From Obrimoposthia wandeli (Eukaryota), in NCBI GenBank assembly GCA_977020255.1, contig CDROCS010000253.1, forward strand, positions 620,001 to 684,000: a stretch of DNA of 64,000 bases, given 5' to 3'. Below the pieces are notes generated by a model. It was not told the DNA's origin. It saw only the letters and a list, made by a program, of their open reading frames with translations, and made no database searches. The translations under genes and the position numbers were made by a program. Shown here piece after piece: positions 49,494 to 59,395 of the stretch. Positions within the stretch are counted from its first letter, which is position 1; each line of letters starts with the position of its first letter.

Positions 49494-50579
49494 ATGAAAA
49501 AGAAAAGTATATTACTAATAGCAACAATGCTTGCTTCAATGGCCGCATCTGCATCAGATAAAGTGGTTAACGTTTATAACTGGTCAGATTATATCGACCC
49601 AGCCTCGATTAAACAATTTGAAAAAGAAACCGGCATCAAAGTTAACTACGATGTTTATGATTCTAATGAAATCCTAGAAGCCAAACTGATGGCTGGTGGT
49701 TCAGGTTATGATGTTGTCGTACCGACAGGTTCATTTTTAGAACGACAAGCAAAAGCGGGTATTTACGCACAAATTGATAAAAGCAGCCTTTCCAATTACG
49801 GTAACATTGATAAAACAATGGCAAGTAAAATGGCGCTTCATGATCCAGGTAATAAACACGGTATACCTTACACATGGGGAACGATTGGATTAGGTGTTAA
49901 TCCAGACATGGTTAAAGCACGCTTAGGTGATGTGGAACTTAATAGTTTAGATTTAATCTTTAAGCCTGAAGTCGCAGCAAAACTAGCTGATTGTGGTATT
50001 GGTATTTTAGACTCCCCTGCTGAAGTTATGGCTATCGCATTAAACTACGAAGGTTTAGATCCTAATTCAGAAAGCGTTAAAGATCTTAAAGCGACACAAG
50101 CGATGATTAAAAAGGCCCGCCCTCATTATAAATACTTTGACTCGAGCCGCCTGATTTCTGATTTAGCCAATGGCGATATTTGTGTCGCGTTAGGTTATAA
50201 CGGCGACATGTTACAAGCGAATAGTCGTGCAAGTGAAGCTGGACAAGGTATTAAAGTTGAATACTTAATTCCTAAAGAAGGTACCATTGCTTGGTTCGAT
50301 ATGATGGCAATTCCTGCCGATGCGCCTCATAAAAAAGAAGCCTATGCCTTTATCAACTACATCTTAAAAGCTGAAACTGCCGCAGGTATTTCTAACTATG
50401 TTTATTATGCTGTCGCCAATGAAGCTGCTGCTGAATTTGTTAACGAAGACATCAAATCTAATATCGGTATTTACCCCGTTGGAGAAACAAAAGAAAAACT
50501 GTTTTCTCAACTCGCTCATACTTCTCGTTTCGACCGTAAATTAACACGTGCTTGGACAATGATTAAAACAGGTAGATAG
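49494..50579 (+). CDS. potF: Putrescine/polyamine ABC transporter binding protein (PotF/SpuD)
   Basis: VYNWSDYI, DSNEILEAKL, YTWGTIG, LANGDICVALGYNGD and IPKEG...WFD motifs. Confidence 0.92.
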   Translation: MKKKSILLIATMLASMAASASDKVVNVYNWSDYIDPASIKQFEKETGIKVNYDVYDSNEILEAKLMAGGSGYDVVVPTGSFLERQAKAGIYAQIDKSSLSNYGNIDKTMASKMALHDPGNKHGIPYTWGTIGLGVNPDMVKARLGDVELNSLDLIFKPEVAAKLADCGIGILDSPAEVMAIALNYEGLDPNSESVKDLKATQAMIKKARPHYKYFDSSRLISDLANGDICVALGYNGDMLQANSRASEAGQGIKVEYLIPKEGTIAWFDMMAIPADAPHKKEAYAFINYILKAETAAGISNYVYYAVANEAAAEFVNEDIKSNIGIYPVGETKEKLFSQLAHTSRFDRKLTRAWTMIKTGR

Positions 50580-50606
50580 TTTTAATCAGTGAAAGTAAGG
50601 GCATTA

Positions 50607-50651
50607 ATACCAATCAAACTACCTGATCTATTTAAATGGCCTGATTGGTAT
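50607..50651. repeat. 45-bp ATACCAA-family mini-element between potF and potG
   Basis: Perfect 10-bp terminal inverted repeat ATACCAATCA / TGATTGGTAT. Confidence 0.75.
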
Positions 50652-50729
50652 AACTTGCTCTTATTCTTTAGAAAATAACTACAATAACAAACATCTAAAT
50701 CCTGTCGAAAATATCCCTAGGAATACCGA

Positions 50730-51860
50730 ATGACTCAAGAAACAACTATGCCTCTTTGGAAACAAGATGGCGCAAAACCTTTTATTCAAATAAAAAACGT
50801 GACTAAAAAATTCGGTGAATTTACCGCTGTAGATAATGTTTCGTTAGATATTTATGAAAATGAATTATTTTGTTTATTAGGAGGTTCTGGATCAGGAAAA
50901 AGTACCCTGTTAAGGATATTGGCTGGCTTTGAAGACCTCACTTCTGGTCAGGTACTTATCGATGGCGTCGATATGGCTAATATTGAGCCGTGGAATCGTC
51001 CGATAAATATGATGTTTCAGTCATACGCATTATTTCCTCATATGACCGTCGCTAAAAACATTGCTTTTGGCTTAAAGCGTGACAAGGTACCTAAAAAAGA
51101 AATTGAAAAACGTGTTGCAGAAATGCTGAGCATGATGCAAATAGAAGCGTTTGCTGATAGAAAACCCGACCAATTATCAGGCGGACAGCGTCAACGTGTC
51201 GCGTTAGCTAGAGCACTAATAAAGCGCCCGAAACTGCTTTTACTTGATGAGCCTTTAGGTGCACTAGATAAAAAGCTGAGAGAAGAAACTCAATTTGAAT
51301 TAGTCAATATTCAAGATAAGTTAGGGGTTACCTTTGTTGTCGTAACGCATGACCAAGAAGAAGCCATGACACTTGCCACCCGAATTGGCGTAATGGGTAA
51401 TGGTATTATTACCCAAGTTGATGAGCCCCGTGATGTTTATGAATACCCAAGCAGTCGTTTTGTTGCAGAATTTGTTGGCTCTATTAATTTATTCGAGGGC
51501 CGTATTTATGAAGATGACGTTGAACATGTAAAAATAAAATCAAAAGAAGCTGGCTGTAACTTTTTTGTAAATCATGGCCTCAGCTGTGCACCTAATCAAA
51601 AAGTGACCGTTGCTGTTCGTCCTGAAAAAATGAAAGTCACCCGTAGTAAACCCGAGCTTGAATATAACTGTTTACATGGTCAAATTATCGATATTGCTTA
51701 TATGGGTAACCTTTCAATCTTTAGAGTTAAACTAAAGAGTGGCGTAATCGTTCGTGTCACTTTGCCTAATCTTGTCAGAGAAAATCGTAATCCATTAACC
51801 TGGGATGATTTTGTTTACCTTTCTTGGGATTACGACAGCAGCGTGGTATTAACATCATGA
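50730..51860 (+). CDS. potG: Polyamine ABC transporter ATPase (PotG/SpuF)
   Basis: GGSGSGKST, LSGGQRQRVALAR, LLDEPLGALD and THDQEEAM motifs. Confidence 0.92.
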   Translation: MTQETTMPLWKQDGAKPFIQIKNVTKKFGEFTAVDNVSLDIYENELFCLLGGSGSGKSTLLRILAGFEDLTSGQVLIDGVDMANIEPWNRPINMMFQSYALFPHMTVAKNIAFGLKRDKVPKKEIEKRVAEMLSMMQIEAFADRKPDQLSGGQRQRVALARALIKRPKLLLLDEPLGALDKKLREETQFELVNIQDKLGVTFVVVTHDQEEAMTLATRIGVMGNGIITQVDEPRDVYEYPSSRFVAEFVGSINLFEGRIYEDDVEHVKIKSKEAGCNFFVNHGLSCAPNQKVTVAVRPEKMKVTRSKPELEYNCLHGQIIDIAYMGNLSIFRVKLKSGVIVRVTLPNLVRENRNPLTWDDFVYLSWDYDSSVVLTS

Positions 51861-52810
51861 GTAAAGTAACTGGTACCTTTTGGCTAGGTCGTTATGACAC
51901 AGTCAAAACCCAATTTAGTTCATTAAAAAAAATCCGCTGGGGTAGATACTCTGTTATCTCTATCCCTTCACTGTGGCTAGCCTTATTTTTCTTTATTCCT
52001 TTTTTGGTCGTGTTTAAAATTTCATTGGCTGAATCGGCTATTGCCGTACCTCCTTATACCGACATGTTTGGCTGGAATGTAGAAGAGGCAATGCTTGATG
52101 TAAAAATAAAGTTTGGCAATTACTTATACCTTTTTGAAGACTCCTTTTATGTGGATGCTTATTTAAGTTCAGTTAAGATCGCTGCTGTCTCTACTTTTTT
52201 TACCTTAATAATTGGCTTTCCTATGGCCTATTTTATTGCCAGTAAATCAGGCTCTACACGGACGCTATTATTAACGCTTGTTATCTTACCTTTTTGGACT
52301 TCATTTTTATTAAGAGTCTATGCGTGGATGGGCTTTCTTAAAAAGAACGGTATTGTGAATGAGTTTTTACAAGGTATTGGCCTTATTGATCACCCTATTC
52401 AAATGTTGCAAACCGACTTTGCCGTTTATATTGGTATTGTCTACACCTATTTACCTTTTATGATTTTACCTTTGTACACCACCTTAGAAAAATTAGATGC
52501 TAGCTTAATTGAAGCATCTAAAGATCTAGGTGCAGGGCCAATTAGAACCTTTTTCTTGATTACTTTGCCCATGTCTATGCCGGGAATTTTAGCCGGTTGT
52601 TTATTAGTATTTATACCTGCCGTTGGCGAATTTGTTATTCCAGCATTACTTGGTGCGTCAGATACCTTAATGATTGGACGAGTACTTTGGGATGAATTTT
52701 TCCAAAATAGAGATTGGCCAATGGCTTCAGCTGTGGCGACCATGATGTTACTTATTTTAGTTGTTCCTATCATGTTTTTACGTAACGGCAAAAAAGAAGG
52801 AACAGAATAA
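51857..52810 (+). CDS. potH: Polyamine ABC transporter permease (PotH/SpuG)
   Basis: LPFWTSFLLRVYAW and EASKDLGA motifs; ATGA overlap with potG. Confidence 0.92.
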   Translation: MSKVTGTFWLGRYDTVKTQFSSLKKIRWGRYSVISIPSLWLALFFFIPFLVVFKISLAESAIAVPPYTDMFGWNVEEAMLDVKIKFGNYLYLFEDSFYVDAYLSSVKIAAVSTFFTLIIGFPMAYFIASKSGSTRTLLLTLVILPFWTSFLLRVYAWMGFLKKNGIVNEFLQGIGLIDHPIQMLQTDFAVYIGIVYTYLPFMILPLYTTLEKLDASLIEASKDLGAGPIRTFFLITLPMSMPGILAGCLLVFIPAVGEFVIPALLGASDTLMIGRVLWDEFFQNRDWPMASAVATMMLLILVVPIMFLRNGKKEGTE

Positions 52811-53613
52811 TGACTAGAAATTCAAAGTTTTTATCAATCTCATCGTTATTTGGTTTCTTGTTTCTTTATGCGCCAATATTTTCATTAATTATTTATAGCT
52901 TTAATAAGTCCAAATTAGTGACAGTTTGGGGCGGCTGGTCGGTAAAGTGGTATGTTGAATTATTTAATAATCAACAAATTATGGATGCGGCAGTCGTGAG
53001 CTTGAAAGTTGCGTTTATCACCGCAACGCTCTCGGTTATTCTTGGCGTTCTGGCTGGTTATGTACTTAGCAGAATGGGAAAGTTTCCGGGTAAATTAATC
53101 GTTTCAGGTTGGATAAGTGCACCACTTATTATGCCTGAAGTGATCACCGGTTTATCATTATTATTACTGTTTGTTTCATTAGAAAACTTAATTGGTTGGC
53201 CTGCCGGACGAGGAATTACCACAATTATTATTGCCCATACTACCTTTTGTATGGCTTACGTTGCCGTTATTGTGCAGTCTCGTTTATCACAAATGGATGA
53301 TTCATTAGAAGAAGCAGCCATGGATTTAGGTGCCAAGCCACACAGTTTATTTTTTCTAATTACTTTACCTATTATATCTCCAGCGATAATTTCTGGTTGG
53401 TTATTAGCATTTACTATGTCTTTAGACGACTTGGTCATCGCAAGTTTTGTTTCCGGTCCAGGCAACAGTACACTGCCTATGGTTATATTTTCTAAGATAA
53501 GATTGGGTGTAACACCTGAGGTGAACGCACTGGCAACAATCATGATTTTAATTGTCGCGATTGGTGTAGTATCAGCTATGTGGCAAATGAGAAAAAAGGA
53601 AAAAAACATCTAA
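52810..53613 (+). CDS. potI: Polyamine ABC transporter permease (PotI/SpuH)
   Basis: FLYAPI...YSFN, MPEVITGLSLL and EEAAMDLGA motifs. Confidence 0.92.
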   Translation: MTRNSKFLSISSLFGFLFLYAPIFSLIIYSFNKSKLVTVWGGWSVKWYVELFNNQQIMDAAVVSLKVAFITATLSVILGVLAGYVLSRMGKFPGKLIVSGWISAPLIMPEVITGLSLLLLFVSLENLIGWPAGRGITTIIIAHTTFCMAYVAVIVQSRLSQMDDSLEEAAMDLGAKPHSLFFLITLPIISPAIISGWLLAFTMSLDDLVIASFVSGPGNSTLPMVIFSKIRLGVTPEVNALATIMILIVAIGVVSAMWQMRKKEKNI

Positions 53614-53642
53614 ATATATTTCATGTTTAATATTATTTATTA

Positions 53643-53672
53643 GGGGCTGTGACCTTTTAAGGTCACAGCCCC
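53643..53672. terminator. GC-rich hairpin after potI (no U-tract on either strand)
   Basis: GGGGCTGTGACC-TTTTAA-GGTCACAGCCCC. Confidence 0.55.
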
Positions 53673-54036
53673 AGTAGTTCGTGCGGATAGGTAGATATTA
53701 GGACATGGCTGAATAAACATATTACGCTAGCAACTTCCTGATAGCAGATGTTCTCAATAGCTAAAAAACATGCTCTTGATGTTTATAACGCACTCAATTT
53801 TTAAGTTCATTGACTGGCAGTAAAGCCACCAAAGCGGTCATAGATACTTTTAATCAAAGCAGCAGCTCTCACACGGCAAGTTGACGCAGCGAACATATGA
53901 ACTATCTAGTGAAAGCTGAGCAACAATACTTGTGCTGATTTATAAAAAAATTATGCAGTTATAATGCTAAGGGGCGGATTATATGATGCTCTGTGCCCAT
54001 TGGTTGTTCAATTATCTAATTAGATAATTCTGCTTC

Positions 54037-54270
54037 TTAATCTGCGGCATAGAGTTTCTTAAAATTTGTTAGATTCCAGCCAATCATTACTTCATTACCA
54101 ATTTTAAGGGCTGGTACAGAGCGAGCCCCTATAGCTTCAAGCTCTTTTCTACCGCGCTGCATTTTCGCATTTGTTAATCTGTATTTAATGCCATTATCAT
54201 CCAAGTATTTTTGAGCTTCTCGGCAATGGGGGCATTTATCTGAAATATATAAAACAACTCGTTTCATCAC
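54037..54270 (-). CDS. Glutaredoxin/NrdH-like redoxin
   Basis: CPHC active site; GARSVPALKIG cis-Pro motif. Confidence 0.88.
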   Translation of the reverse strand: MMKRVVLYISDKCPHCREAQKYLDDNGIKYRLTNAKMQRGRKELEAIGARSVPALKIGNEVMIGWNLTNFKKLYAAD

Positions 54271-54354
54271 TAACCTTTACAGAACTGTTAAAGACTAGCT
54301 ATTTTACTGAACTCTCAAAAAAAAACAAAGATGAATTAACTGAACTTTCGATTA

Positions 54355-54669
54355 TATACCCGTTCCACTTGAAGATGCATGATTCAGCTGGAATTAGAAA
54401 CGCCTTTAGGCAAGGTATTGATTGAAGAGAATAGTTATTCTATTGTCGAAATCAATAACGCAGCATAAAGCGTTTCTAAACCAGCCTTTTGGGGGAAGTC
54501 TGAGCAAATCATACTCTGCGTTACCTTTCTTTTTAAGGACGCTACATGGAGGTAGCTTCTTAGAGAATGCAGGAGCACATTCTCCTGAATAACCCTTAAT
54601 AAAAAATGCGCCTTGATTATGAATCGCTCAGACTTCCTGAAACGAGCATCTTCAAGTGGAGCGGGTATA
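54355..54669 (+). mobile_element. Full-length 315-bp ERIC-like MITE
   Basis: TATACCCGTTCCACTTGAAGATGC / GCATCTTCAAGTGGAGCGGGTATA (23/24 inverted repeat), flanked by TA on both sides; no ORF; termini resemble the enterobacterial ERIC end TATACCCGTCATACTTCAAG. Confidence 0.9.
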
Positions 54670-55002
54670 TACAAAGAAAATTAAGCTACTCTAGTAAATC
54701 AATGAGGTCAAAGCATTTGAAGTAGTCGTTTTGGCTTTGATTTAATAGTTTCAGGTTAGAGCTGTCAACAGCAACAATGAGCTTAGAGGGGGCGTAGATA
54801 ATGGAGACTTCAATTTATTTGTTGTGAACATGAAATGAGTCTCAAAACCTATTTCGTCAACGTCCGCAAGCCTTAACAATGAGTGAACAACCCCTTATCT
54901 CAGGACAAGATTAAAAAAAGCACATCAGACGATTTAATTTTTGAGTCCATAGGTTCAGCTCATTTGTATAGTTGATCTGATAGCTAATAAATTAAGGGCA
55001 AT

Positions 55003-55034
55003 AAAAAAGCTAACAATACGTTGTTAGCTTTTTT
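55003..55034. terminator. Intrinsic terminator downstream of puuB
   Basis: AAAAAAGCTAACAA-tacg-TTGTTAGCTTTTTT. Confidence 0.85.
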
Positions 55035-55060
55035 TGTTTACGCTTTTGATTAATAAAAGG

Positions 55061-56344
55061 TTAGATACCTAACTTATCTCTCATCTGGTAATACCAAGCG
55101 CCCATCGCGGTGTAAGGCGTTTTTAATAACCTACCACCAGGAAATGGATATTGAGGTAAGCCAGCAAATACATCAAAGCGTTCTGCTTGACCCGTTATTG
55201 CATCGGCAATAACTTTACCGGCTAAGTGTGTTGAAGTAACGCCATGACCACTATAGCCTTGAGCATAATAGACATTGTCATTTATACGGCCAAATTGTGG
55301 TAAGCGCATTAACGTGAGCAAAAAGTTACCTGTCCAAGCATAATCAATTTTTACATCCTTAAGTTGAGGAAATGTTTTCAACATTTTAGGAATGATAATT
55401 GATTCAATTTTAGAAGGCTCTCTCGCCCCATAGGTTGTGCCACCACCGTAGATAAGACGACCATCACCCGATAAACGGAAGTAATCTAATAGGTAGTTAC
55501 AATCTTCTACGCAGACATTGGTCGGTAATAATTGCTTTTGCACGGCTTCTGGCAATACTTCTGTGGTGATAATTTGCGTGCCACATGGCATTGATTGTTT
55601 CTGTTGCTTAGGTAAAAGCCCTTCTAAATAGGCGTTACCTGCTACGACAACGAAATCAGCTGTTACGCTACCTGAGTCCGTTTTAATGACCGCTTTTTTA
55701 CCATGAACAATATCAACAACGGTACTGTCTTCGTAAATTATTCCACCTAACTTTTCAAACGCAGCAGCTTCACCAAGCGCTAAGTTGAGAGGATGAATAT
55801 GACCACCTGCTTTATCTAATAAGCCACCCACGTAACGTTCAGTACCGACATGTTTTTGAATGTCACTTGCACTTAATAACTCAGTTTCATGGTAGCCATG
55901 CTTAGCCCACAGTTTTTGTTTTTCAGCCATTTCATCAAGCTGTTTGTTGTTACAAGCGGCAAAAACACCTCCTGGTCTTAAATCACACTTGATGTCGTAA
56001 TCATTAATTAAACGTTTAATTATTCGACTACCTTCAAAGGCCATTTGTCCCATTTCAGTACTAACATGCTGGCCATAATTACGTTCAATAAAGTCCATAT
56101 CTCGACTGTAGCTATTAACTAATTGGCCACCGTTGCGACCTGAAGCACCAAAACCAATACGACTGCCTTCAACAACAACCACTTTGAAACCTTTTTCGGC
56201 TAAATGTAATGCGCTTGATAAGCCAGTAAAACCAGAGCCAACAACGCATATGTCAGCGGTAATATCTTCTGTCAGCTTTGATCGCTGCACTTTATCATTT
56301 GCACTTGCCGCATAATAAGAGCCTGTGTGGGAAACATGATTCAT
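55061..56344 (-). CDS. puuB: Gamma-glutamylputrescine oxidase-like FAD oxidoreductase
   Basis: SYYAASAN, GFGASGRNGGQ, VEDCNYLLDYFRLS and YAQGYSGHG motifs. Confidence 0.92.
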   Translation of the reverse strand: MNHVSHTGSYYAASANDKVQRSKLTEDITADICVVGSGFTGLSSALHLAEKGFKVVVVEGSRIGFGASGRNGGQLVNSYSRDMDFIERNYGQHVSTEMGQMAFEGSRIIKRLINDYDIKCDLRPGGVFAACNNKQLDEMAEKQKLWAKHGYHETELLSASDIQKHVGTERYVGGLLDKAGGHIHPLNLALGEAAAFEKLGGIIYEDSTVVDIVHGKKAVIKTDSGSVTADFVVVAGNAYLEGLLPKQQKQSMPCGTQIITTEVLPEAVQKQLLPTNVCVEDCNYLLDYFRLSGDGRLIYGGGTTYGAREPSKIESIIIPKMLKTFPQLKDVKIDYAWTGNFLLTLMRLPQFGRINDNVYYAQGYSGHGVTSTHLAGKVIADAITGQAERFDVFAGLPQYPFPGGRLLKTPYTAMGAWYYQMRDKLGI

Positions 56345-56382
56345 AACTTGCCTCTGAAATTTTAAATTTATTAACTATTTGG

Positions 56383-57753
56383 TTAGCTATTAGATAAGTA
56401 CCATTTAACTTCTAACTCACTAATATGCATATCAAATTGTTCTAACTCTTTTTGTTTAACAAGGTGATAGTTTTTAGTAAATTCTTCGCCTAAATAGCTT
56501 GTAAGTATTTGATCTTTTTCTAATGCTGCAAGTGCTCTATCTAATTTTAATGGTAGTGCTTCACAATCATCATCAAACGCGTTTCCTACGGTAGGCGTTA
56601 TTGGTTTGATTTTATTGGTTATACCATAATGAATAGACGCTAAAATTACGCTCATCACTAAATAGGGGTTTGCATCGGCACCAGAAACTCTATGCTCTAT
56701 ACGCGTTGCATTTTTATGTCCTCTAGGAAGACGAAGTGCGACAGTTCTGTTGTCTACTCCCCAATTTTTTGCCATAGCAACATAGTAGCCAGGCATAAAT
56801 CGACGATAAGAATTCACGTTAGGACATAACAACGGCATTGAGGCTGGCATGAGCTCAAGCAAACCACCGATGGCGTGCTCTAATGTTTCATTGTAATCTT
56901 TATTGTCATCCGCAAAAACATTGTTGCCTTGTTCATCTAATAAACTAGCGTGAACATGCATACCACTACCGGCTTCATTTGAATAAGGTTTAGCCATAAA
57001 AGTCGCATCAAAATTATGTTTATCAGCAACAGTTTTTATAATACGCTTTAATAAAATCGCATTATCACAAGCAGCGACAGGATCAGCTTCATGTTTTAAA
57101 TTTATTTCAAATTGCCCAGGAGCACATTCTGCTACGGCGGTATCTGCAGGAACATTTTGCTCAATACACACTCTATTAATATCATCTAATAAGGCACTGT
57201 AATCATTAAGTGTATCAACAGAGTAAACTTGAGTATGTTCATCTCTTTTACCGGTTTTAGGCGAGATTGGTGCTTGTAAATTACCCTTGTTATCTTTGTT
57301 TTTATCTAATAGGTAAAATTCTAACTCAACAGCAACAACGGGGAATAAATTTAATTCGGCTAATTTCCCAACGATGTTACTTAATATATTACGCGGGTCA
57401 GCAAAAAAAGGTGTGCCATCGTGGTTAAACATACTCATTAATACTTGCGCTATTGGGCGATCATGCCAAGAAGCCATATGAAGGGTATTCGCTATGGGTT
57501 TACAAACCATATCCGGCTCGCCAATATCTTGCCCAAGTCCGCATTCTTCAATCGTTTCCCCAAGTACATTCATAGAAAATATTGTCGCGGGCATATTTAA
57601 ACCGCTGCTGTAAATTTTTTCTAAGCTACTTTTCTCAATACGCTTTCCTCGTGCAAAGCCAACTAAATCAGAAATGAGGACATCTATAGCCTCAACTTCG
57701 GGGTGATTGGAAAGAAATTTTTCTACCTCTGCTGCCTGTCCAACGTTTATCAT
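56383..57753 (-). CDS. puuA: Gamma-glutamylputrescine synthetase (glutamine-synthetase-like)
   Basis: VAVELEFYL, ECAPGQFEINL, ATFMAKPY, GSGMHVHAS and RIEHRVSGADANPY motifs; puu context. Confidence 0.9.
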   Translation of the reverse strand: MINVGQAAEVEKFLSNHPEVEAIDVLISDLVGFARGKRIEKSSLEKIYSSGLNMPATIFSMNVLGETIEECGLGQDIGEPDMVCKPIANTLHMASWHDRPIAQVLMSMFNHDGTPFFADPRNILSNIVGKLAELNLFPVVAVELEFYLLDKNKDNKGNLQAPISPKTGKRDEHTQVYSVDTLNDYSALLDDINRVCIEQNVPADTAVAECAPGQFEINLKHEADPVAACDNAILLKRIIKTVADKHNFDATFMAKPYSNEAGSGMHVHASLLDEQGNNVFADDNKDYNETLEHAIGGLLELMPASMPLLCPNVNSYRRFMPGYYVAMAKNWGVDNRTVALRLPRGHKNATRIEHRVSGADANPYLVMSVILASIHYGITNKIKPITPTVGNAFDDDCEALPLKLDRALAALEKDQILTSYLGEEFTKNYHLVKQKELEQFDMHISELEVKWYLSNS

Positions 57754-57798
57754 AAAATTACCTTAGAAATTGATACATATAATTTACCCACCACTAAA

Positions 57799-57852
57799 TG
57801 ATGAATATTTTCTTCACTATCTATTAATATGTAATTGTAATGTCTTCGTCAA
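57799..57852 (-). promoter_or_regulatory. Sigma-70 promoter for puuA-puuB with a candidate operator just downstream
   Basis: Minus strand TTGACG-N17-TATTAA (57852 to 57824), followed by TGAAGAAAATATTCATCA (57816 to 57799). Confidence 0.6.
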
Positions 57853-58006
57853 GGTAAAATCAAATAATTAAGCTTTATTTTTTACATAAAATCATTTTAA
57901 TGGTGTTTTACTGCCTTTTTGTAAAAAATATTGATTGAAAGTCGTTGTTTTTTAATTTACCTTAGAGTTATTGAAATTTCGCAGTAACTTATTTGGAATT
58001 GATTCG

Positions 58007-58774
58007 ATGGTTAGTACAAATCAGAAACCTATTGTTGGCATTACTTGTTGTAGTAGCCTTAACGGGATTCATCATCAACAAGTTGTTGGTGATAAATATA
58101 TTCGTGCCTTGATGGCCGGTAGTGATGTTATTCCCGTTTTAATTCCTAGTTTTGGTGAAGCAATGTTAGAAATATTACCGCATTTAGATGGTATATATTT
58201 AACAGGTAGTTATTCGAATATGGAACCACATCATTTTGGTGGTACTGAATTAGGGGTAGATATGCCACGTGACCCCAATCGAGATACCACCAATTTAACC
58301 TTATTAAAAAAAGCAGTAGAGCTAAAAATCCCCGTGTTGGGTATTTGCCGAGGTTTTCAAGAAATGAATGTTGCGCTGGGCGGAACATTACATCAGCAAG
58401 TTTTTGAACTCGATAATATGACAGAGCATAGAGAAGATAAATCGGTATCTATGGATGAGCAGTACAGTGTGTCTCATGACTTAAACTTATCTGAGGCCGG
58501 TATATTATCTTCACTTATGGATGGAGAGTTGGTTCAGCAAGTTAATTCATTACATGGCCAAGGCGTTGATAAATTAGCAGGCACTTTAAAAGTTGAAGGC
58601 ACTGCTCCTGATGGCTTAATTGAAGCTTTTTCATTGGCTGATAGCGCTAGTTATTATTTAGGCTTGCAGTGGCACCCTGAATGGAAAATTGCAGAGAACC
58701 CTTTTTACACCGAAATTTTTAAAAGTTTTGGCGATGCTTGTCGAAAATACAAAGCAAATGAAGCATACAGTTAA
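58007..58774 (+). CDS. puuD: Gamma-glutamyl-gamma-aminobutyrate hydrolase
   Basis: LDGIYLTGSYSNMEP, LGICRGFQEMNV (catalytic Cys), VNSLHGQG and LQWHPE motifs; start moved to ATG 58007. Confidence 0.93.
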   Translation: MVSTNQKPIVGITCCSSLNGIHHQQVVGDKYIRALMAGSDVIPVLIPSFGEAMLEILPHLDGIYLTGSYSNMEPHHFGGTELGVDMPRDPNRDTTNLTLLKKAVELKIPVLGICRGFQEMNVALGGTLHQQVFELDNMTEHREDKSVSMDEQYSVSHDLNLSEAGILSSLMDGELVQQVNSLHGQGVDKLAGTLKVEGTAPDGLIEAFSLADSASYYLGLQWHPEWKIAENPFYTEIFKSFGDACRKYKANEAYS

Positions 58775-58852
58775 CTCCCTTAATGTAATAAACTAACTCT
58801 TTATCAACGCAGATGCTGCCTAATCAGTGCAGTCAGCTTATTAAGGGTCATT

Positions 58853-59395
58853 ATGGAAGTAGGCAAAAGATTAAAAGAAGTTAGAGAAATGTATGGGCTT
58901 TCACAACGTGAATTAGCAAAACGCGTTGGTTTAACAAATAGCACTATTTCAATGATAGAAAGAGATGCTGTAAGCCCATCTATTAGCTCTTTAAAGAAAA
59001 TTTTAGAAGGTGTTTCTTTAACCGTTACTGAATTTTTCACCTTAGAAATTCCTACAGAATCTCAAGTGGTTTTTAAAAAAGATACCTTAATTGATGTAGG
59101 AAGTGATGGTGTAGAGCTTCATTTGGTTGGCGCAGCACAACCAGAGTCTAAACTTGCATTTTTGATTGAAACTTATCAACCAGCCTCTAGTACAGGCAAA
59201 GATATGATCACTCACATTGGTGAAGAAGCCGGAACAGTTATTGAGGGAAGTATCGAGATAACAGTTGCAGGGCGTAGTTTTAAGCTAACTAAAGGCGATA
59301 GTTACAAATTTTCGACCAGCCTACCGCATAGGTTTAAGAATACATCGAAAAAAGTTTGTAAAATTATTAGTGCGCATACGCCGCCTTCTTTTTAG
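58853..59395 (+). CDS. puuR: XRE-HTH + cupin repressor
   Basis: LSQRELAKRVGLTNSTISMIE...SPSISSL and HIGEEAGTVIEG...PHRF motifs; follows puuD as in E. coli. Confidence 0.9.
   Translation: MEVGKRLKEVREMYGLSQRELAKRVGLTNSTISMIERDAVSPSISSLKKILEGVSLTVTEFFTLEIPTESQVVFKKDTLIDVGSDGVELHLVGAAQPESKLAFLIETYQPASSTGKDMITHIGEEAGTVIEGSIEITVAGRSFKLTKGDSYKFSTSLPHRFKNTSKKVCKIISAHTPPSF

Noticed and set aside
53700-53990. Possible decayed gene between potI and the glutaredoxin
   Set aside because: All frames are interrupted and no motif is recognisable.
54690-54960. Possible decayed gene between the ERIC-like element and puuB
   Set aside because: Only short frame fragments with no recognisable motif; unsupported without a search.
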